Source of the DNA: Chiloscyllium plagiosum
Taxonomy: Eukaryota
DNA: 64,000 nt
NCBI RefSeq assembly: GCF_004010195.1
Contig: NC_057711.1
Location: forward strand, 83,479,344-83,543,343
Direction: 5' to 3'
The notes beneath the pieces were generated by a model, which saw only the letters and a program-made list of their open reading frames with translations, searched no databases and was not told where the DNA came from. Shown here in pieces: positions 60,741 to 64,000 of this stretch; the first letter of the stretch is position 1, and each line of letters opens with the position of its first letter. The position numbers and the translations under genes were made by a program.

Positions 60741-61369
60741 CTTGCCAACAAAGGCCTTCTCGGCATCAGGAGTAACTCACTGAATCTTTTTACTAATTTT
60801 CTGGGCATCAAAACAAGATTCTCATTCGGGAGTAGTGAGTTGCCTATATAGGGGGATTATTGCTTCTTAATGACCTTATTAAATGCATATCTCTCCTAAA
60901 TAATATGCTGCTTCCCATCCTATCACTTGCAGTGAGAAAATTAGATGCTGAAAATTTTCAACTTGGAAGTCAGAGCAGGTACCTGACAACTTCAACTTAC
61001 CACCAATTTGAAGAACCCTGTATGTTGCTCAGCATCAAACAGCAACTCTATGCATGATCCATGAACACCAGTCACATGCACACCCCTCATTCAGGGTCAT
61101 TGGGATCCGATATTTACCAATCCTTCAGGATCCTCGTGGCACCTCTCCAGTTGCCAGATGCTTAAGAAACACAGACCTGCACTGCAGGACACATTAGCAA
61201 CTTGCATTGGCAAGCTGAAGCAGGGACAGTTAGTGTGTACCAGCAGGCACACAGCTCACAGATTGGACCAGGCTGCATCTCAGGACTACTTGCTTGCTCT
61301 TTTAGTTCTCGCTGACTTACTGCCTATCTGCATTCTCACAGTATCCTGCCTTGCCATGTTAAAATAATG

Positions 61370-61490
61370 ACGAGGAGATGCCGGTGTTGGACTGGGGTGG
61401 ACAAGGTTAAAAATCACGCAACACCAGGTTATAGTCCAACAGGTCTATTTGGAGGTACTTGTTTTCGGAGCGCTGCTCCTTTGTCAGGGG
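61370..61490 (-). mobile_element. Penelope-type short repeat, family B
   Basis: Minus strand CTGACAA-a-GGAGC-AGC-GCTCC-GAAA at 61463-61487, followed by the family B tail. Confidence 0.65.
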
Positions 61491-62185
61491 TTTGGGCCTT
61501 TCTTGTTCAAGGCTGTGCAGTTACATCACTCAAGGGGGTGGTCCATGGTTCATCTGTCAGATCTGTCCAGAGAAATTACAGAGAGAAGGTGATAAAAGGG
61601 ACAAGGTAGGTGACTGCCGTGGAAGGAAAACTGCGGGCTGCAGACTGGGGGAGACTCATCCATCGTCAGGAACACCCTGGCTTCAAGGAGGAGACAGTGT
61701 ATCACCAAAACTAGCATAGTCATCTCACATGCCTGGGGTTCGAGCAGAAAGTTGGGCAACTGCTGGCTTATGTGGACATGTTGGCTGATGATCTGGAGGT
61801 GCAAAGCTTGTGAGGCTCACAAGAAGCATTACCAGGACAGAGATCTGGATATTTAAGGCCTCAATCCCACCCGTGGAAGCAGAAGCTAGAAAGCACTATC
61901 CAAGGAGCATTCACAGGCATGTTCCAACATGCTGGAAATCAAAATTGAAAAGACAATGGCTATAATGAGAGCCGGAATGGGCAGGGTAAGTGTCTCAGAA
62001 TGTGAGGAAGAGGGAAGCAAGGCACAGTAATGTGAACCCTATTGAGGACAAGACTATTACACACAGACCCATGCACTATACAGAACACAGACCCATGCAG
62101 TCCTTAATCCACGGTCATCTCGAGGCATTAGCTCACTATTTGATACACCCGCCCTCACACATCACCAAACATTTCATTAACACCA

Positions 62186-63030
62186 ATGTGGTGGAGTCGG
62201 TATTGGACTGGGGTGGACAAAGTTAAAAATCACACAACACCAGGTTTTGTCAAACAAGTTTATTCAAAGATACTAGCTTTCTGAACGCTGTTCCTTCATC
62301 AGGTGGCTAGTGAGGCAGGATCTTAAAACACAGAATTTATAGCATAAAATTATTGTGTCGTGTCATGATGAACAAACCTAGATTGCTGTTAAATCTTTCA
62401 TCTTTTAGATTAGGTTGCAGGTTTTGATTCGACAATATGTAAATCCCAGAATTTCTATCAAGTCACATTCCCAAGATAACTGGGGTTCATGTCATATTAA
62501 GGTGACCCCACTACATTATACACTCACATACACACTCACACACAAGCACACATACACACACCCCCACCCTTATATTCTCACACACTCACACAGACCATCT
62601 CTCATACACACGCTCTCTCTGAGACACACACATTCACCTCCCCACCTCACACCCACATGCACACCCTCACACAGACTTATATTCCATCACACTCATGCAC
62701 ACACAAGTGTGCACACACACATGTGCATGCATGCACACACTCACTGTCCCTCACATGCATGCACACACACATATAAGTCTATGGGGTGAACTTACATTCG
62801 CAGAATTGTAGTTGCAGGTATATTCTATTTTGCTCACAAAGCATACAATCTACAGGCAGTCAATGGAGGCAGCAATCCATGTGACATTTTATAAATTCCT
62901 ACTTTGGAAATAGAACCAGTCTGACTCAAGACTGGAATACAGACAGACTCTAACCTCACACCTTTAATACGGTGTCTGAGCTGAGATGCCACTTTTTTTT
63001 ATAAAACCTTAAGTTATCTTGGGAACATCA
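62186..63030 (-). mobile_element. Longer family B element including a degenerate (CA)-rich tract
   Basis: Family B terminus with CTGATGA...GAAAGCTA (62274-62302, minus) and CA-rich low-complexity sequence at 62518-62772. The right boundary is approximate. Confidence 0.6.
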
Positions 63031-63259
63031 CTATGGACACCATGTTTCTCTTGCTTCCATGTGCTGTGGCAGCCTCTCAATGCATACACTGATCCATGAT
63101 ACATCCGGTGTGAACATGCAGTTAGACATCATGCTCGTCCAACTACATTCGGGACAATACAAAGATTCAAACAAACAGATATAGTGCAACATCAATAAAA
63201 TTTATCCAAATGTGATACTTTAAATACAGTGTACTGAACTGCATTCAAAATTTTTGTTA

Positions 63260-63600
63260 TTTCATTCTCTTCCATTATGTCTTCGTGTACTTGCAAGCTC
63301 TGCAGCTGGAGTGGAGAGAATATGCCCCGCAGTGGAGTCCATTGGACCTGGAGGCATGGTCGAGCAACAAGGAGAGCATTTATGTCGAGAGATTGCACAG
63401 ACCTGGGTGATTACCTCATTCCAAACTGCCAGGATCTGCTGTTGTGGTCTCCTCTGCCAGTCTTCTGGAAGGAGGTTATCCCATTCACCAGGACCTCCAA
63501 CACCATTGTCTCTTCTCCAACATCTTCTCAATGAATGTCCCAGACTGAGAAGGGAAGTTTTGGAATGCTGCTGTAGTCTGGGTGCACAGTTTCCTTTTAA
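63260..63600 (-). mobile_element. Possible decayed PIF/Harbinger Myb/SANT-like ORF
   Basis: LLPEDWQRRPQQQILAVWNEVITQVCAIS resembles the W-x-x-V-x-x-x-V helix of Harbinger-associated Myb/SANT proteins. Confidence 0.4.
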
Positions 63601-63768
63601 AATGGAACAGGCACCATGCTTGCTGGTCTTTTCCAACAATAGCATATGGAAAGCTCAAGCTAGAATTGGCACCATAGGGACAGGGTAGATAACAAATGAG
63701 ATAGTTTGGTAAGATAGTTCAAAAGACATTTCCATGCCCCACAGCCTGAGACTGCGTCTGTAATCAAA

Positions 63769-64000
63769 GAGTCATAGAGTCAGGGAGCTGTACTGCACAG
63801 AAACAGACTCTTTGGTCCAACTCATCCATGCTGACCAGATATCCTAAATTAATCTAGTCCCATTTGCCAGCATTTGGGCCATATTCCTTGAAACCCTTAC
63901 TATTCATATACCCATCCAGATATCTTTTAAATGTTGTCATTGTACCAGCCTCCACCACTTCTTCTGGAAGCTCATTCCATACACGCACCACCCTCTGTGT
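63769..64000 (-). mobile_element. HER1/CR1-type LINE 3' end, continuing beyond the window
   Basis: gagtcatagagtca tail; high similarity to 37472-37700 and 51944-52175. Confidence 0.92.

Noticed and set aside
62415..62789. His/Thr-rich 124-aa ORF
   Set aside because: Translation of a degenerate (CA)n tract.

Overview
AT-rich, repeat-dense vertebrate DNA. The repeat set (HE1/V-SINEs, HER1/CR1-type LINEs, Deu-domain SINEs) points to a cartilaginous fish, probably a shark; this assignment is inference. The window reads as a large intron or intergenic tract. I found no intact full-length gene, rRNA, tRNA gene or CRISPR array, and nearly all ORFs in the supplied track are transposon fragments or chance ORFs. 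Main structures: (1) an old minus-strand LTR element at about 42850-51017 with a tRNA-Leu primer-binding site, a decayed coiled-coil and zinc-knuckle Gag, most of pol missing, and an env-like membrane-protein remnant, making it a candidate retrovirus-like (possibly lokiretrovirus-related) provirus; (2) an internally deleted Gypsy element at 12400-15162 with a 4-bp TSD and integrase placed before RT (Gmr1-like order); (3) two or three families of Penelope-type short repeats carrying minimal hammerhead-ribozyme cores, one forming a fold-back with a 12-bp TSD; (4) a tRNA-like SINE that shares both its head and its tail with a LINE in the window; (5) an isolated ~80-nt hairpin; and (6) one plausible unassigned host coding exon at 30590-30740 (minus). 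All coordinates and translations were read by eye; boundaries of old repeats are approximate.
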